A stretch of DNA of 64,000 nt from an uncultured Gemmatimonadales bacterium (GCA_963821525.1 CAWGED010000008.1:96001-160000), one strand, 5' to 3'; counted from the stretch's first letter, positions 20,323 to 31,807 are shown. Notes: generated by a model from the letters alone, not told the origin. Numbers and translations are program-made.

Positions 20323-23300
20323 ATGCTGGTCGTACTGACCCTGCTCTTCATTCTGTCCGGCGCGGCCGGCCTGTTCTACGAATCGGTCTGGTCGCGCTAT
20401 CTCGGTCTCTTCGTCGGCCACAATGCATACGCCCAGGTGATCGTCCTCGTGATCTTCCTGGGCGGAATGGCGCTGGGAGCCATGCTGGTGGGCCGCTGGA
20501 CCGAGCGACTGAAGTCGCCGCTCTTCGGGTACGCCATCGTCGAGGGGCTGATCGGGACGGTCGGCCTCGTTTTTCATGATCTCTACATCGCCGTCACCAA
20601 CTGGGCTTACCAGTCGGTGTTTCCCCACACCGCGGGGTCGGTCTCGCTCACCATCGCCAAGTGGGCGATCGCCTCGGCCCTGATCCTGCCCCAGTCCGTT
20701 CTGCTGGGCATGACTTTCCCGCTCATGACGGCCGGTGCGCTGCGGTGGATCGCCGACCGGCCGGGACGGACCCTCAGCATTCTGTATTTCGCAAACAGCT
20801 TCGGCGCTGCGGTGGGTGTGCTGGTCGCGGGATTCTACCTGGTGGAAGTTGCGGGACTGCCGGGAACCATCCTCGCTGCATCGATCCTGAACTTTGTGGT
20901 GGCGATCGGCGCCATCGTCGCAACCCGGGCCCATCGGGTGAGGACAGCAGAGGGAGAAGTCGACCGATCGCCCTCCAATCACGGCAACCGAGGCCAACAG
21001 TTCAGGGGTAATCCAGCCGGAACACGCCGCGAATCCTCTCCCGCCTTCTGCTGTGGACGGCCTTCGGCACCGCGATCGCGTCGTTCATCTATGAGATCGC
21101 CTGGATCCGGATGCTGTCGCTGGTGATGAGCAGTGCGACTCACGCCTTCGAGCTCATGCTGTCGGCGTTTATTCTCGGTATCGCGATGGGATCGCTCTGG
21201 GTCCGCTCCAAGGCGGACCAGTTCTCCGACCCGCTTCGGGTCCTGGGCGTCACCCAGTGGGCGATGGGCTTTCTCGCCCTGGCGACGCTCCCGGTCTACG
21301 TGATGTCCTTCGGGTGGACCGGGGACCTGCTGCATACCTTCGCGAAGACCGACGCGGGCTACAACGGCTTCACGATTGCCCGCTACGGGATCTGCATGCT
21401 GGTCATGATCCCCGCCACCTTCTGCGCCGGCATCACCCTGCCGCTCATCACCCGCACCCTGGTGCTGGGCGGCCTCGGTGAACGCGCGATCGGGACGGTG
21501 TACGCGGTCAACACCCTGGGATCGATCATCGGAGTGAGCATCGCCGCCCTCGTGCTCATGCCAATGGTTGGGACTCAAGGCACTGCTCTCCCTCGGCGCC
21601 CTGGTGGACATGGCGATCGGCGTCGTCATCCTCTTCGTTGCGGCACGATTGAGCGGGGATGCCGGAGCCCGGCGTTTCGCACTGCTCTCACTCGCAGGGC
21701 TGGGAGTGGTCTTTGCGATTACGGCACTCACTCCGACGCTGGATCGCCGGCTGCTCCTGAGCGGAGTCTATCGCTTTGGCATCGTGCCGCCTCCGGGAAG
21801 CAGAGAGATTCTCTACACTCGCGACGGAAGGACGGCGACGGTTTCCGCCGAGAAGATCACCTCGACCGGCGACATCTTCATCGCTACCAATGGCAAGTCA
21901 GACGGACAAGTCAGCGCCTACTGGTACAACTCCTGCACCGCCGATTCGGCGCGCCATCCGCTCCGAGGCGACATGGCCACGATGGTGCTGGGACCTCTCA
22001 TGACCGCCGCGCATGCGCCGAACGCCGAAGAGGGAGCGGTCATTGGCCAGGGCACCGGGATGTCGAGTCATATCCTGCTGGCAAACCCTCATCTCAAGCA
22101 CCTGGCGACGATCGAGATCGAGCCGGAGATGATCAAGGCGTCCCGGGCATTCCTGCCGGCCAACCGGCGAGTGTTCGAGGATCCCCGCAGCGAATTCATC
22201 ATCGACGATGCCAAGTCCTACTTCGCGGCGGGAGGGAAACAGTACGACTTCATCTTCTCCGAGCCCTCCAATCCCTGGGTGAGCGGAGTATCGGGCCTGT
22301 TTACCGCCGAGTTCTACGACCGGGTCAAGCTGTATCTCAAGCCGAACGGGATCTTCGCTCAGTGGATTCACCTTTACGATCTGAACGATCGGCTGGTGAC
22401 CACCGTGCTCGCGGCGCTGCACCAGAAGTTCGGCGACTATCAGGTCTTCATGCCGGTAGGATCGGACATGATCGTCATCGCGACCAATGGGCCCAAACTG
22501 CCGGCTCCAGACTGGAGCATTTTCCAGTGGCCCGGTATTCAGCAGGATCTTTGTCATCAACTGCCGTTCACTCCCGAGGCGATGGAGGCCACCCGACTCG
22601 GCAGCAGAACCTCGCTGGGTCCCCTGGTAGAGGCGGCGCCGCAGGTCAATTCCGACTTCTTCCCTCACCTCGACAATGGCGCCGAACGCACTCGCTACCT
22701 GGCGACCCGGGCCATCGGGCTCTGGGGATTGTCCAACGAGCGTCAGGACCTGACGGCGCCCTTCGAAGGCCGGCGGATCGGCCCGGTATCCTTTACAACG
22801 GCGCCCGCTCCGGATGTTCCCCGGATGTACAGCCTGGCGCTGGGTGCCGCATTGCGGGATCCGGCCTCCTATGTCACGACCGATACTATTCCCGACGACG
22901 ACCGGAAGGTGACAGCGCTGGCCCGCGAGCGAGCCTGGCTCGCGACCCTGGCCGCGTCCGAACCGCCGGGCAACTGGCGAGTCTGGGTGCAGTGGATGTC
23001 CGATATCGAGCAGGATCGCTACGGCGGTACGACGGGCTACGCCGATCCGGAGTTCTATGGTCAGATCTATCGCTATCTCGATCGTCACAAGGCTCCCTCC
23101 GAGGTCCGTGCGGTCATCGATTTCCGCCACGGAGTGAGCGGGTGGGACTTCGCCCAGGCGGTGAAAGCAGCCGAGCCGCTCGAGGCCGCGGCGCTCGATC
23201 GCAAGAGCTGGCTCCCCCCGGACGAGCTGCGCGATGGTCTGGTCATAGCGCGACTGATGACGGGAGACGCCGTCGGCGCGAGGCGCGCGTTCGAGTCACT

Positions 23301-23400
23301 GGCTCCTTTCAGCCGGCGGCCGCCCGGAGATTTCCGCTCGGCGCTGCTGGCGGCGTACGTGGAGGCGAAGAGTGGTGAGGGAGGCACAGGGAGTCAGTGA
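20323..23400 (+). CDS. Fused MFS-like membrane domain / spermidine synthase-like methyltransferase (frameshifts near 21000-21050 and 21570)
   Basis: LSGAAGLFYESVW, LYFANSFG, VYAVNTLG, then VIGQGTGMS, IEIEPEM, YDFIFSEPSNPW across three frames. Confidence 0.88.
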
Positions 23401-23461
23401 CGAGGATGAGGACTGAGGACTGAGTCACGATTGAGACCTGGCTTCAACCGATGGTACGACC

Positions 23462-24361
23462 ATGCTGAAGATTGATCTCACGGGGAAACGAGCCTTCGTC
23501 GCGGGGGTCGCGGACGACGGCGGGTTCGGCTTTGCGATCGCCAAGGCCATGGCGGAGGCTGGGGCGACGATTTGCCTGGGCACCTGGCCGCCGGCGATGG
23601 GGATTTTCCAGAATCTGCTCGAGCGAGGGAAGATGGAAGAGTCGCTCAAGCTCGAAGGAGGCGGGAAGCTCGAATTCGAGCGGATCTATCCCCTCGATGC
23701 AGCCTACGACACGCTGGCCGATGCGCCGGCGGAGATCCGAGAGAACAAGCGCTACAAGGAACGGGGCGATTTCAGCATCCAGGGCACCGCCGACGCGCTG
23801 GTGAAGGACTTCGGCCCAACGCCGATCGACATCCTGGTGCACAGTCTGGCCAACGGCCCCGAAGTAAAGAAGCCGCTCATCGAGACGAGCCGAGCCGGCT
23901 ACCTCACCGCGGTGAGTGTCAGCGCGTACAGCATGGTCTCCATGGTGCGGACCTTTGCACCGCTCATGAAGCCCGGGGGATCGTTCCTGTCGCTGACCTA
24001 CATGGCGGGTGAGCGAGTCATTCCGGGCTATGGCGGCGGGATGTCCTCGGCCAAAGCAGCGCTCGAGGCTGACACGCGGACCCTGGCCTATGAAGCCGGT
24101 CGCCGCCACGGTGTCCGCATCAACGCTATCTCCGCGGGCCCCTGGGCATCGCGAGCAGCAAGCGCCATCGGATTCATCGATATGATGATCGACTACTGCA
24201 AGACCAACTCGCCGCTGCCGCGGGAACTCGATGCGAAGGAAGTCGGCGCCACCGCCGCCTTCCTGGCCAGCCCGCTCGCTGGGGCGATCACCGGAACCGT
24301 GGTGTACGTGGACAACGGTTATCACGCGATGGGGATGGCGGTGGGGCAGGAGGCGAAATAG
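23462..24361 (+). CDS. fabI: Enoyl-ACP reductase (NADH), plant/Chlamydia-type FabI
   Basis: IDLTGKRAFVAGVADDGGFG, LVHSLANGPEV, YGGGMSSAKAALE. Confidence 0.93.
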   Translation: MLKIDLTGKRAFVAGVADDGGFGFAIAKAMAEAGATICLGTWPPAMGIFQNLLERGKMEESLKLEGGGKLEFERIYPLDAAYDTLADAPAEIRENKRYKERGDFSIQGTADALVKDFGPTPIDILVHSLANGPEVKKPLIETSRAGYLTAVSVSAYSMVSMVRTFAPLMKPGGSFLSLTYMAGERVIPGYGGGMSSAKAALEADTRTLAYEAGRRHGVRINAISAGPWASRAASAIGFIDMMIDYCKTNSPLPRELDAKEVGATAAFLASPLAGAITGTVVYVDNGYHAMGMAVGQEAK

Positions 24362-24391
24362 GGGAAGGGCTCCGAGAGACCCTGCAACAGC

Positions 24392-24531
24392 TTACCGCGG
24401 AAGACGCGGAACACGCGGAAGCACGCGGACAGATGTTGTAATAAGTGTCGTGGAATTGAGCACAAAGCGGAACAACCACCTTCTCAGTACACTTTCCGCG
24501 TTGTTCCGCGTTTTCCGCGTGCTCAGCGGTA
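24392..24531. repeat. Palindromic element, left copy (arms of ~9-mer ACGCGGAA units)
   Basis: ttaccgcggaagacgcggaacacgcggaagcacgcgga ... ttccgcgttgttccgcgttttccgcgtgctcagcggta. Confidence 0.92.
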
Positions 24532-24604
24532 TGCTGTTATCTGTCAGTCCGCTAGACGCTGGTACAATTGATGATTGTTTGATCGGTGCGTCCTAGCGTG
24601 CGGG

Positions 24605-24986
24605 ATGACTCCGCCCCGCATAGAACTGAGGTATGCCCCGACTACCAAGCGCCTGATCGGCTTGTTCTTCGACGTCTATCACGAGCTCGGGCACGGCTTT
24701 CTCGAGTCGGTATACGAAGAGGCGTTTGCGGTCGCACTGGAGGAATCGGGCCTCAAGTTCGAACGCCAGAAGCCACTGACGGTATGGTTCCGGGGACGAC
24801 TCGTGGGGACCTTCCGAGCCGATGCGGTCGTCGAAGACGCGGTCCTGGTGGAACTCAAGGCGGCCCGCGCACTCGGGACCGCCCCATGAAGCCCAACTTC
24901 TCAACTATCTCAAGGCAACTAATCTCACGGTCGGACTGATCTTCAATTTTGGACCTCGACCGAAGTTCCTGCAGGCGAGTAGTTGA
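24605..24986 (+). CDS. GxxExxY protein (PD-(D/E)xK nuclease-like); frameshift near 24883
   Basis: LGHGFLESVYE motif, RADAVVEDAVLVELKA, then in a shifted frame HEAQLLNYLKATNLTVGLIFNFG. Confidence 0.92.
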
Positions 24987-25004
24987 GGATAGACGAGAAA
25001 AACA

Positions 25005-25163
25005 TTACCACGGAACACGCGGATAACGCGGAAGCACGCGGAGGAATGTTGTATTGGTTGTCGTCGGATGATCACAAAGAGGAACCAACGACCGCCTTAA
25101 GAACCATTCTCCGCATAAAACCATTTCCGCGTTGGTCCGCGTTTTCCGCGTGCTCCGCGGTAA
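25005..25163. repeat. Palindromic element, right copy (direct repeat of 24392-24531)
   Basis: ttaccacggaacacgcggataacgcggaagcacgcgga ... ttccgcgttggtccgcgttttccgcgtgctccgcggtaa; spacer shares atgttgta, tgtcgt, cacaaag-ggaac. Confidence 0.92.
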
Positions 25164-25170
25164 GCAGTTC

Positions 25171-25566
25171 ATGGTAACCAATACCTCAGGAGCCCGAGTG
25201 GATCGCCTCTTCGCAACCCTCGGTTCGGTTTCCGCGCTGATCGCCGTCGCGGCAGGGGCCTTCGGCGCTCACGCACTCCGCGCCCGCCTCGCACCGGATC
25301 TTCTCGCCGTGTTCGAGACCGGGGCCCGCTACCAGATGTACCACGCGCTTGGCCTCCTTGGCGTCGCATGGATTGCCTCACGCTCCCCCTCCCCTCTCGC
25401 CGCCTGGGCCGGGTGGCTCTTCGTACTCGGGACCGTGCTCTTCTCCGGCAGTCTCTACGCGCTGGCCCTCTCCGGCATCCGGATCTTCGGCGCCATCACG
25501 CCACTGGGAGGAGTCGCGTTCATGGCGGGGTGGATTTGCCTCGCGCTGGCCGCGCGCCGCATGTAG
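25171..25566 (+). CDS. DUF423 (YgdD/TMEM256) membrane protein
   Basis: GAFGAHAL, FETGARYQMYHA, LFSGSLY, GAITPLGG. Confidence 0.92.
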   Translation: MVTNTSGARVDRLFATLGSVSALIAVAAGAFGAHALRARLAPDLLAVFETGARYQMYHALGLLGVAWIASRSPSPLAAWAGWLFVLGTVLFSGSLYALALSGIRIFGAITPLGGVAFMAGWICLALAARRM

Positions 25567-25630
25567 GCAACCTAAGCCGCGTCGCCCCTCGCCTGTCGCC
25601 ACTGCCTAGACCCCGAGCCCCGGAGCCGGC

Positions 25631-26309
25631 ATGAGGATCTCCACTGCGACCACCCACATCGAGACCAACTTTCGGCAGAGTCGCCTGCTCCAGTCCCTCA
25701 TGGCCTGGTATCTCGCGGTCTGGGTGATCACAGCTGATCAATCCGCTGGACCGGAAGGACTGGGTGCTGGAGAATGTCCTGGCGGTCACACTGGTGGCTG
25801 CGCTGGTGCTGTCCTACCGCCGATTCCCTCTGTCGGACATCTCGTACCTGCTGATCACGCTGTTCCTCACCCTGCACGCCATCGGGGCCCACTACACGTA
25901 TTCCGAAGTGCCGCTGGGGTACTGGCTCAAGGATTGGGGCCACTTCTCCAGGAATCACTTCGACCGGGTCGTCCACTTCTGCTTCGGACTGTTGATGGCG
26001 TACCCGGTCCGGGAGGTGTTCCTGAGAGTCGCCAGCACGAGGGGATTCTGGGCCTATTACCTGCCGCTCGACGTCACCCTCGCCTTCAGCGCCATCTACG
26101 AGATCATCGAGATGCTGGTGGCCGTCGTAATCGCGCCCAGCGCCGGCGACGCCTACCTCGGCACCCAGGGAGACATCTGGGACGCGCAGAAAGACATGGC
26201 CCTGGCGGGCTGCGGCGCGCTTCTCTGCATGCTGATCACCGCACTGGGCCACAGATTGCGGGGGCGGCAGCCGGTTCTGCTGGCGGGGACGACGTCGGTG
26301 CTTAAATAG
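25631..26309 (+). CDS. DUF2238 (YjdF-like) membrane protein; frameshift near 25735
   Basis: LHAIGAHYTYSEVP, RNHFDRVVHF, YLGTQGDIWDAQKDM. Confidence 0.9.
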
Positions 26310-26397
26310 GGAGTAGGTTGTAGGGAGTAGGGAGTAGGGCGTGGCGATCAACTCTCGGCCTGACTCCCTACACCCTACTCCCTACACCCTACTCCCT
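26307..26397. repeat. Inverted heptamer element (TAGGGAG)n / (CTCCCTA)n
   Basis: tagggagtaggttgtagggagtagggagtaggg ... ctccctacaccctactccctacaccctactccct; starts at the stop codon. Confidence 0.92.
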
Positions 26398-26406
26398 GTT
26401 ACCCCC

Positions 26407-26895
26407 ATGGCCACCACTCTCCAACTTCTGCTACGCGGCAAAGGGGCCCACGCAGACACGGTCGCCTGCGTCTCGGGACTCAGTCCTGAACTCGCCGGAA
26501 AGCGACTCGCCGGAATCGAGCACACGATCTGGCAGCTCCTGGTGCACATGAACTATTGGATGGACTACGAGCTCCGCTCGATCGCGGGTCCCGAAGTCCC
26601 CTATCCGGAGCACGCCGCCGAGAGCTGGCCAGACACTGACGGGCCAGCCAGCGCATCTGCCCTTGCTGACGAGGTTCGCCGTTTTGCGAATCAGATCAAG
26701 CAGCTCAGCGACCTGGCCGGCCGGCTCAACGACAACCAGCTACGGAGCCGAGTCGTTCACCCTGCCAAGCAGGAGACGGTAGAGGATGTGCTATGGCAGA
26801 TGGTGGCCCACAACAGTTACCACGTCGGGCAGGTAGCTACGCTGCGCCGGGCGCTCGGCGCCTGGCCGCCGGCGGAGGGGGGAGATACGTGGTAG
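26407..26895 (+). CDS. DinB/YfiT-like family protein
   Basis: HTIWQLLVHMNYW and AHNSYHVGQ histidine motifs. Confidence 0.88.
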   Translation: MATTLQLLLRGKGAHADTVACVSGLSPELAGKRLAGIEHTIWQLLVHMNYWMDYELRSIAGPEVPYPEHAAESWPDTDGPASASALADEVRRFANQIKQLSDLAGRLNDNQLRSRVVHPAKQETVEDVLWQMVAHNSYHVGQVATLRRALGAWPPAEGGDTW

Positions 26896-26904
26896 GGACG
26901 ACAG

Positions 26905-27051
26905 GAGACGTGAGAACGTGAGACGGTGAGACAGTGAGACGTGAGACGGAAATGCAGAGGGTAACAAATGGGGGCCTCCAATTTCTGGGGCCCCCTCTTA
27001 CTTCTCACTTCTCACTTCTTACGCTGTCTCTCTCACTTCTCACTTCTCACG
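26905..27051. repeat. Heptamer arms (GTGAGAC)n / (CTCACTT)n enclosing a terminator hairpin
   Basis: gagacgtgagaacgtgagacggtgagacagtgagacgtgagacg ... tcttacttctcacttctcactt...ctcacttctcacttctcacg. Confidence 0.9.
26970..26995. terminator. Probable bidirectional terminator hairpin
   Basis: gggggcctcca-atttc-tggggccccc between convergent genes. Confidence 0.55.
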
Positions 27052-27053
27052 CT

Positions 27054-27425
27054 TTACGGCCCCCCCGGCATCTTCGTCGGCGCAACGTGATGCAGATAGG
27101 CGAAGAGCAGCATCAGTGCCGTGATCACGACCGCGGCGATGACGAGGGAGAATACGAACACGGTGCTCAGCAGGCGCCCGTCGGTCTTGAGATGCATGTA
27201 GAACATCGCGACCAGGGCGAACTTTATCGCCGAGAGGATCAACAGCACCGGTACCACGACCGGCTCGAGAAGGTGAGCGAAGCCCGCAGGCTGGCCCCGG
27301 TGAACCACCTCGTAGGCTCCCACCTCGAGCGCCGTGAGAATGAACAGCGTGAGGCCGATCTTGAGATAGGTCCCGACCGCGGGATGAGCGTGGGCGTCAG
27401 CGTGCGCGGCGGCGTGAGAGCTCAT
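27054..27425 (-). CDS. Cytochrome c oxidase subunit IV family
   Basis: HPAVGTYLKIG, LTALEV, KFALVAMFYMHLK; last gene of the cox operon. Confidence 0.88.
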   Translation of the reverse strand: MSSHAAAHADAHAHPAVGTYLKIGLTLFILTALEVGAYEVVHRGQPAGFAHLLEPVVVPVLLILSAIKFALVAMFYMHLKTDGRLLSTVFVFSLVIAAVVITALMLLFAYLHHVAPTKMPGGP

Positions 27426-27430
27426 GACGG

Positions 27431-28054
27431 TCACCGAATGAGGTACACGACGGGGAAGATCACGATCCAGACGACGTCTACGAAGTGCCAGTACAGGGCC
27501 GCGATCTCGAGGTTCAGCGCCTTCTCGGGTGGCAACTTGCCTCGGAGCGCCACTACCAGGACCGAGGTCAGCCAGATCAATCCGATGGTGACGTGCGTGC
27601 CATGGAACCCGGTCAGGGTAAAGAAGGTCGAGCTGAAGAGGTTGGTGGTGTAGCCCATTCCCCGATGGTAAAAGTGCCTGAACTCGTACACCTGCATCCC
27701 GACGAAGAATATCCCGCACCCGATCGTGGCGAGCAGCCAGGTAATCATCTGGCGGCGGTTGCCTTTCTGTGCCCCGTTGAGCGCCATCACCACGAATAGC
27801 GAGCTGAAGAGCAGCAGGGCGGTACCGAACGTGACCAGCGGGATTTCCAGCATCTGCTCCTGGACCTTGCCGTTCAGCAGCCACTCGGCGTGCGGCTTGG
27901 GCCCGATCACGTCCCGCCCCTTGTAGACCAGGTAGGTCCCGATCAGCGAGGCGAAGAAGAGGCATTCGGAGCCGATGAAGGTCCAGATCGCCAGCTTCCG
28001 GCTGTCGATGCCGGTCGCGGTGTGGTGTTCGAGTGCGTGTGCGTCGTCAGACAC
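27431..28054 (-). CDS. ctaE: Cytochrome c oxidase subunit III
   Basis: WTFIGSECLFF, TGFHGTHV, LYWHFVDVVW. Confidence 0.93.
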   Translation of the reverse strand: MSDDAHALEHHTATGIDSRKLAIWTFIGSECLFFASLIGTYLVYKGRDVIGPKPHAEWLLNGKVQEQMLEIPLVTFGTALLLFSSLFVVMALNGAQKGNRRQMITWLLATIGCGIFFVGMQVYEFRHFYHRGMGYTTNLFSSTFFTLTGFHGTHVTIGLIWLTSVLVVALRGKLPPEKALNLEIAALYWHFVDVVWIVIFPVVYLIR

Positions 28055-28153
28055 GTCTGCGGTCTCGTTGTAAGTAGAGTTCTATGTGCTGTTCAGCAGT
28101 CGTGGGTCGTCGGGTCCTGAGACCCATGAGTCCAACGACTCATCGACGCCAAC

Positions 28154-29975
28154 TCACCCCGCCGGCTCGAACGCCCAGCGATACACCCCGAAGAACAGGA
28201 TCGCCACACCGGTCAGCGAGACCGGCAGGTGCAGTCCCCCGATGAAGCCGACCAGCGTCGTCGCAACACCCAGCGCCGACACCGCGGGCCAGTACGAGGG
28301 GTTGGGCATATGGATGCCCTTTCCGCTCACCCGCTGCGGCTCCGGCACTCTGCCGCCGGCCAGGCGCTCGGCTTCCCACAGCGCATCGCGGCCATGCACC
28401 ACCGGTTCCTCGGCGAAATTGAACTCCTGGGGCGGCGAGGGAATCGACCACTCCAGGGTCGCGCCATTCCACGGATCGGCCGGAGCCGGAACCCGGCTCT
28501 TCATGGTCCGCCAGATGTTGACCAGGAACACCAGGAACGACAAGCCGAGGATGAAGGACCCGACGGTCTCGATCATGTTCCAGAAGCCGAAATTGTTCTC
28601 GGCGGCATAGGTGTACACCCGCCGCGGCATCCCGTTCAGCCCGAGGAAGTGCATCGGGAAGAACGTCAGGTTGAAGCCGATCAGCATCAGCCAGAAGTGC
28701 ACTTTGCCGAGTTTCTCGTCGAGCATCCGGCCCGACATCTTGGGCCACCAGTAGTAGGCGCCGGCGGTGAGCCCGAAGATGGAACCGCCGAAGAGCACAT
28801 AGTGGAAGTGCGCGACGATGAAATAGGTGTCGGTCTGCTGCAGGTCGGCCGGCGGCGAGGCGTGCATCACGCCGGACAGCCCGCCCATGATGAACATCGC
28901 GATGAACCCTAGGGCGAACAGCATCGGGGTCTTGAACTGGAGCTGGCCGCCCCAGATGGTGCCGATCCAGTTGAAGATCTTCACCCCGGTCGGGACCGCG
29001 ATGAGCATCGTCGCCATCGAGAAGAACGCGTCGGCGAAGGGGCCCATCCCGGTGGAGAACATATGGTGACTCCACACCCCGAACCCGAGGAAGGCGATGA
29101 ACGCCCCGGAGAACACCATCGCGGCGTAACCGAAGAGCGGCTTCCGCGAGAAGACCGGCAGCACTTCGGAGATGATGCCGAAGGCCGGCAGGATCAGGAT
29201 GTAGACCTCGGGATGCCCGAAGATCCAGAACAGGTGCTGCCAGAGGATCGGATCGCCACCGCCGGACGGCACGTAGAAGTGAGTGCCGAAGGTCCGGTCG
29301 ATCATCAGCAGGATCAGCGCGACGGTGATGACCGGGAAGGCGAGGAGCAGGAGCATCTGGGTGATGAAGCTCATCCACACGAACATGGGCATGTACATCA
29401 TCTTCATGCCCTTGGCGCGCAGATTGATGATCGTCACGAAGAAATTGACTGCCGCCGCCAGGGAGGCGACGCCCAGGACCTGCAGGCCCACCGTCCAGAA
29501 ATCGATGTTGAGCCCGGGAGAGAACTGCTTGCTGGTCAGGTTGGCATAGCCGAACCAGCCGCCGTTCGGCGCCGCCCCGAAGAGCCAGCCGGCGTTGATG
29601 ATCAGACCGCCCGGCCAGGAATACCCAGTAGCTGAAGGCGTTGAGCCGGGGGAAGGCCACATCCCGTGCCCCGATCTGGAGCGGGATCATGTAGTTGAAG
29701 AACATGGCCGACAGCGGCATCACCCCGAGGAAGATCATGGTGGTGCCGTGCATCGTGAACAGCTGGTTGTAGGTCTCCGCCGAAACCAGGGTGTTCTCGG
29801 GCTTGGCCAGCTGGAGCCGGATGATCAGCGCCTCGAGGCCGCCGACCAGAAAGAAGAAGAAGGCGGTCGCGCCGTACAGGATGCCGATCCGCTTGTGGTC
29901 AACCGTGGTGAGCCACGACCACAGGACGGATTTCTCGGCTACCTGTTCTTCCGCGGGGAGAGCGGTGGTTGCCAT
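28154..29975 (-). CDS. ctaD: Cytochrome c oxidase subunit I (type A1); frameshift near 29612
   Basis: TTVDHKRIG, FTMHGTTMIF, FGHPEVY, VWSHHMF, VAHFHYV. Confidence 0.95.
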
Positions 29976-29989
29976 GTCTGTCCCGTCTG

Positions 29990-31027
29990 TTATTGCTGCG
30001 TCCGAAGGAAGGCCACCAGCGCGGCGACCTCGTCATCCTTGAGCTGCAGGTTGGGCATGAGTACGCCCAGCTTCCAGGCCTGGGGGTTATGCAGCCACTT
30101 GGCCAGATTCTCGTCGGTGTTCTTGAGCGTGCCCGCCGCGATGTAGGTCCGGCTCCCGATATGATGGAGGTTGGGACCGATGAGGCCCGGCATCGCGGGA
30201 GGATTCAGCGAATGGCAGCCAACGCAGCCCTTCGCGGTAAACAGCTGCTGGCCTTGCCGGAGCATCGGCTCCGGCGATTTCGTCGTGTCGGAGTAATCGG
30301 GCCCCGGAGTATTGAAGTTCGCCGCCCAGGCGTCGAACGCCTCGGGTGGCTGAGCCACGATCCGGTACGCCATCCGCCCGTGCTGCAAGCCGCAGAACTC
30401 GGCGCACTGGCCCGGGTAATTCCCCTCGACCTCCGCCTTGAACCAGAGATTGTTGTGCCGGTTGGGGAACACGTCCCGCTTACCGGCGAACTGCGGCAGC
30501 CAGAAGCTGTGAATTACGTCGGCCGTGGTCATTTCCAGATTCACCGTGCGGCCGGTCGGCACGTGCAGCTCGTTCGCCGTCACGATGCCGAGATCGGGAT
30601 AGCGGAACTCCCACCACCACTGGTGGCCGATCACCTCGACCTGCAGCGCCTCGGGCCCCGGCTTGGTAGCGGTCCGGAAGATGGTACGCACCGTGGGGAC
30701 CGCGATCAGGGCCAGAATGACCGCCGGGATCATGGTCCACACGATCTCCAGCGTGGTGTTTCCATGAGTCTGCGCCGGTTCGGGAGCGCCGGGCCGGGCC
30801 CGGAACTTCCAGATGGCGAAGAGGAGCGCGCCTTCCACCAGCACGAAGACGATGGCCGCGAGATAAACCGTCTTGCGGAAGGTGGCGTCGAGCAAATGTG
30901 CGAAATCCGAGCGCGGCAGCAGCGTGGTCTGCGGGTAGTCGCGGGCACAGGCGAGAACCGCCACCGCGACGACGGCGAGCAGCATCCAACGCGATGGCCA
31001 CCGGCCCACCACGGTCCGGAGGGACAT
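29990..31027 (-). CDS. ctaC: Cytochrome c oxidase subunit II with C-terminal cytochrome c (caa3-type)
   Basis: HQWWW, DVIHSFW, CAEFCGLQHGRM (CuA), CVGCH heme c. Confidence 0.95.
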   Translation of the reverse strand: MSLRTVVGRWPSRWMLLAVVAVAVLACARDYPQTTLLPRSDFAHLLDATFRKTVYLAAIVFVLVEGALLFAIWKFRARPGAPEPAQTHGNTTLEIVWTMIPAVILALIAVPTVRTIFRTATKPGPEALQVEVIGHQWWWEFRYPDLGIVTANELHVPTGRTVNLEMTTADVIHSFWLPQFAGKRDVFPNRHNNLWFKAEVEGNYPGQCAEFCGLQHGRMAYRIVAQPPEAFDAWAANFNTPGPDYSDTTKSPEPMLRQGQQLFTAKGCVGCHSLNPPAMPGLIGPNLHHIGSRTYIAAGTLKNTDENLAKWLHNPQAWKLGVLMPNLQLKDDEVAALVAFLRTQQ

Positions 31028-31239
31028 TTAGGAAATCGTCCTGTCAGCGGGGAGCGACGAATGCATGCAAATGCAGCGGTACACTGTATTTATTCATCGG
31101 GTCCACGTCAAGATTGGCCAAGGGGTAAGAGCGCGCTAATCTAATCTGTGCCAATGCAGATCCGCCACCGTGGCCGCGGCCCAAGATAGCGAAAACCGCA
31201 GTCGTCCGCCCCTTGCGGCCTTAAGGAAGGAGTATCGCG

Positions 31240-31722
31240 ATGACCCCCGCCCAGCGAGCCGCCCTGATCCAGCGCTACCAGGATGGGCCCGGCATTCTCG
31301 AGGCCGCCCTGGCCAAGGTACCCAGTGAGGCCCTCAAGTTCCGGCCCGCCCCAGGCAAGTGGACGGTTCACGAGGTCATCATCCACTGTGCCGACAGCGA
31401 GACCAACTCCCACATGCGGATTCGCTACCTGCTCGGGGAAGACGATGCCCTCATCGTGGGATACGACCAGGACCGCTGGGCCAACGTGCTAGGGTATCAC
31501 GATCTCCCGCTGGAGCCTGCCCTGGCCACGGTCCGCGCCGTTCGCGCCAACACCCTGCCGCTTCTGCGGCGGCTGACCGAACAGCAGTGGAACCGGACCG
31601 GGCGCCACACCGAGTATCCCAGCTACGGGGTCGAGCAGTGGCTCGAGATCTATGGTGAGCATCTCGAGATCCATGCCAGACAGATCGAGCGGAATTTGAA
31701 GGCCTTTTCTTCAAAAGCGTGA
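31240..31722 (+). CDS. DinB family protein
   Basis: PAPGKWTVHEVIIHCADSE, GEHLEIHARQI. Confidence 0.9.
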   Translation: MTPAQRAALIQRYQDGPGILEAALAKVPSEALKFRPAPGKWTVHEVIIHCADSETNSHMRIRYLLGEDDALIVGYDQDRWANVLGYHDLPLEPALATVRAVRANTLPLLRRLTEQQWNRTGRHTEYPSYGVEQWLEIYGEHLEIHARQIERNLKAFSSKA

Positions 31723-31801
31723 GAAGTGAGAGGTGAGAAGTGAGAGGTGGGTGGAGGGGCGGACTGAGTTCCCTCTCACTTCTCACTTCTTACCTCTCAC
31801 G
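31718..31801. repeat. Inverted heptamer element (GTGAGAR)n / (YTCTCAC)n
   Basis: cgtgagaagtgagaggtgagaagtgagagg ... cctctcacttctcacttcttacctctcacg; starts at the stop codon. Confidence 0.92.
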
Positions 31802-31807
31802 CTTGTT

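Noticed and set aside
28154..29975. Frameshifts in ctaD, ybbP-like, spermidine synthase and other genes as programmed frameshifts or pseudogenes
   Set aside because: Scattered single-base indels in conserved genes without slippery motifs; best explained by long-read error.
31138..31154. TTGGCAC upstream of the cox operon (and near 55585) as sigma54 promoters
   Set aside because: No GC at the -12 position.
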